Position numbers and translations under genes: made by a program. From sequence record NZ_CP024426.1: a stretch of DNA of 64,000 bases; one strand, 5' to 3'. Source of the stretch: a plasmid. This document shows positions 60,548 to 64,000 of the stretch, piece after piece; position 1 is the first letter of the stretch; each line of letters starts with the position of its first letter. The notes beneath the pieces were generated by a model that saw nothing but the letters and a program-made list of their open reading frames with translations, did not search any database and was not told where the DNA came from.

Positions 60548-61606
60548 ATGGAAGCCCTGGTCCTGGAACGCAAGGACGAACTTTCGCTGCGCGATTTCCC
60601 CGCCATCGACCAGGCCGAGGAGCGCCTGGGCCCCCGCGACGTGCGCATCCGCTTGCATACGGTGGGGATCTGCGGGTCGGATGTGCATTACTATACCCAC
60701 GGCCGGATCGGACCCTTCGTGGTCAAGGCACCGATGATCCTGGGCCACGAGGCGTCCGGCACGGTGATCGAGACCGGGCCCGAAGTCACCACGCTGAAGC
60801 CCGGGGACCGCGTCTGCATGGAGCCGGGCATCCCCGACCCGAACAGCCGGGCGACGCGCATGGGGATGTACAACATCGACCCTGCCGTGCGCTTCTGGGC
60901 GACGCCGCCGGTCCACGGTATCCTGCGCCCGACCTGCGTGCACCCCGAGGCCTTTACCTTCAAGCTGCCCGACACCGTGTCATTTGCCGAGGCCGCGATG
61001 GTCGAGCCCCTGGCCGTGGGCATCCATGCGGCGACCAAGGCGCGCATTCGTCCGGGCGATACGGCGGTCGTCCTGGGCGCCGGGCCCATCGGCCTTGTCA
61101 CGGCGCTCTCTGCCTTGGCCGGGGGCTGCGCACGGGTCTTTGTCAGCGATATCGCCCAACCCAAGCTTGAGATCGCGGCGGCCCTGTCGCCCGCCATCAT
61201 CCCGATCAACGCCGAGGTCGAGGACCTGCCCCGCCGCGTCCTGGCCGAGACGGACGGCTGGGGCGCCGAGATCGTCTTCGAGGCGACCGGCTCGCCCCGC
61301 GCGGCGGCGGGGGTCTTCGCGCCGCTGGCGCCCGGCGGCTGCGTGGTGATGATCGGCGGCCAGCCCGATCCCATCGCCTATGACGCGGGCGCGGCCATGG
61401 TGCGCGAGGCGCGGGTGGAAAACATCTTTCGCTATGCCCACGCCTTCCCGCGCTGCGTCGCCATGATCGCCTCCGGCGCCATCGACGTGAAGCCGCTGAT
61501 TACCCGCACCTTCGACTTCAAGGACAGCGTGCAGGCGTTCCGCATCGCCGCCTCGGCGCCGCCGGGGGATGTCAAGATGCAGATCGTCCTGCCGCAGCAA
61601 GGATAA
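60548..61606 (+). CDS. Zinc-dependent alcohol/polyol dehydrogenase (sorbitol/L-iditol dehydrogenase-like MDR)
   Basis: GHEASGTV zinc-binding signature; [10 protein letters not shown]; Rossmann motif LGAGPIGL. Confidence 0.85.
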   Translation: MEALVLERKDELSLRDFPAIDQAEERLGPRDVRIRLHTVGICGSDVHYYTHGRIGPFVVKAPMILGHEASGTVIETGPEVTTLKPGDRVCMEPGIPDPNSRATRMGMYNIDPAVRFWATPPVHGILRPTCVHPEAFTFKLPDTVSFAEAAMVEPLAVGIHAATKARIRPGDTAVVLGAGPIGLVTALSALAGGCARVFVSDIAQPKLEIAAALSPAIIPINAEVEDLPRRVLAETDGWGAEIVFEATGSPRAAAGVFAPLAPGGCVVMIGGQPDPIAYDAGAAMVREARVENIFRYAHAFPRCVAMIASGAIDVKPLITRTFDFKDSVQAFRIAASAPPGDVKMQIVLPQQG

Positions 61607-61610
61607 CACT

Positions 61611-62671
<1,061 letters not shown>

Positions 62672-62672
<1 letters not shown>

Positions 62673-63349
62673 TGATCCGGGCCGTCATTTTTGACCTCGA
62701 CGGGTGCCTGGTCGACAGCGAGCCGATGGCCCTGGAGGTCCTGGGCGAGGAAATGGCGGCCGAAGGCGCGCCGACCTCGGCCGAGGAGCTGCGCAAACGG
62801 TTCCTGGGCGTCTCGATCCAGTCGGTCGTCGACCACATCACACGCTTTACCCGCCGCGCCGTTCTGCCCGATTTTCCCCGGCGGTTCGAGGATCGGCTGC
62901 TGGCCCGCTATGATACCGAATTGCGGCTGATTCCGGGGGCGACGGCATTGCTGGACGCCTTGCAGACGCAAGGCATCGGCATGGCCATTGCCACGGGCGG
63001 ATCGCTGCGCCGGCTGGAGGTGACGCTGCGCGTGTCGGGGCTGGAGCGGTATTTCACCGGCCGTGCCTTCAGCGCCGATCAGGTGCGCCAGGGCAAGCCT
63101 GCGCCCGACCTGTTCCTGTTCGCGGCCCGGAACCTGGGTATCGATCCGTCCCGCTGCGCGGTGATGGAGGACAGCCCGCACGGCATCGCCGGCGCCCGCG
63201 CCGCAGGCATGCGCGCGGTGGGCTTTGTCGGCGGCAGCCATTTGGCCGGGATGCGGGACGACCATGCCGCCCGCCTGCGCAAGGCCGGCGCGGCGGAGGT
63301 GCTTAAGAACCTGACGGGGATGCGGGACGCGCTGCTCAGCGGATGCTGA
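62672..63349 (+). CDS. HAD-family hydrolase (beta-phosphoglucomutase-like phosphatase)
   Basis: Motif I IFDLDGCLVDSE; 225 aa. Confidence 0.75.
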
Positions 63350-64000
63350 ACCCGCCATCCGCCATCAGAACCGCGCCGTTCACGATTCCCGCCTGATCCG
63401 AGGCGAGGTATCGCGCAGCGGCCGCAATCTCGGCCGGCTGGGCGAAGCGGCCGACAGGGATCTCGGCCTTGGCCCTTTCGCCCTTTTCGCCGGCCCAGCC
63501 CACCAGCGCCATCGGGGTTTCCACCACGGTCGGCGCAATCGCGTTCACGGTGATGCCGAACCGCGCCCATTCCACCGCTAGGACCTTGGTCACCAGGTTC
63601 AGCCCCGCCTTGCTGGCACCATAGGCCAGATGTTCGTCGATCGCGATGACCCCGGCCTGGGACGAGATGTTGATTACCCTGCCCCGCCCCGATTGTTTCA
63701 ACCAGGGCAGCGCCGCCGCAGCCATCAGCCAAGGCGCGCGCAGGTTGAGGGCGATGGTTGCGTCGAAGTCCTGGATGCGCGTCTGCTCGGCCGGAAAGAC
63801 GATGCCCAGACCGGCGTTGTTCACCAGTACGTCGATGCCCATCGCCTCGCCGATCCGAGGGACGGTTTCGGCGATGGCCTCGGGATCGGCCAGGTCCAGT
63901 TGCCACGCACGATGGTCGGGACCAAGCGAGGCGGCGAAACTTGTATCGTCCTGCACGTCCACCAAGGCGAGCCGCGCACCTTCGGCCGCGAACGTCTCGC
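63336..64000 (-). CDS. SDR-family oxidoreductase (5' end lies beyond the window)
   Basis: NNAG motif, catalytic YGASKAG; the ORF runs off the window end. Confidence 0.75.
   Translation of the reverse strand, partial: ETFAAEGARLALVDVQDDTSFAASLGPDHRAWQLDLADPEAIAETVPRIGEAMGIDVLVNNAGLGIVFPAEQTRIQDFDATIALNLRAPWLMAAAALPWLKQSGRGRVINISSQAGVIAIDEHLAYGASKAGLNLVTKVLAVEWARFGITVNAIAPTVVETPMALVGWAGEKGERAKAEIPVGRFAQPAEIAAAARYLASDQAGIVNGAVLMADGGFSIR

Overview
High-GC (about 68%) alphaproteobacterial chromosome segment, Rhodobacteraceae/Paracoccus-like by gene content. The window holds: a zeaxanthin-glucoside carotenoid cluster (crtE-crtZ on +, crtB-crtI-crtY-crtX on -); a roughly 1970-aa TGc/DUF4011/SF1-helicase/REase-like/DUF3320 protein next to a WGR-domain gene; a cobalamin-riboswitch-controlled btuB-btuC-btuD-like uptake operon; a leucine/isovalerate catabolic (liu) cluster with a divergent AraC regulator; a Rieske-ferredoxin/ferredoxin-reductase/membrane di-iron hydroxylase operon with a LacI regulator; a bacterial TopIB; a YihY/BrkB membrane protein; a rhamnose catabolic locus (rhaRSTPQUK and divergent rhaD-rhaI); and a SorC-regulated polyol-type ABC transporter/dehydrogenase cluster. 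The most unusual segment is an approximately 9 kb, three-gene insertion at 36.4-45.3 kb. It consists of a 35-codon secreted two-cysteine peptide gene missed by the >=60-aa ORF track, a 1094-aa polytopic membrane protein with an SBP_bac_3-like domain and a Cys-rich domain, and a 1789-aa cytoplasmic protein with two lipase-type alpha/beta-hydrolase modules, a CHAT caspase-like protease domain and a helical-repeat tail. No counterpart of this trio in any described system comes to mind, and it is the best candidate for a novel signalling/conflict system. No rRNA, tRNA, CRISPR array, transposase or integrase was recognised. Many long ORFs in the six-frame track are antisense artefacts of the high GC content.
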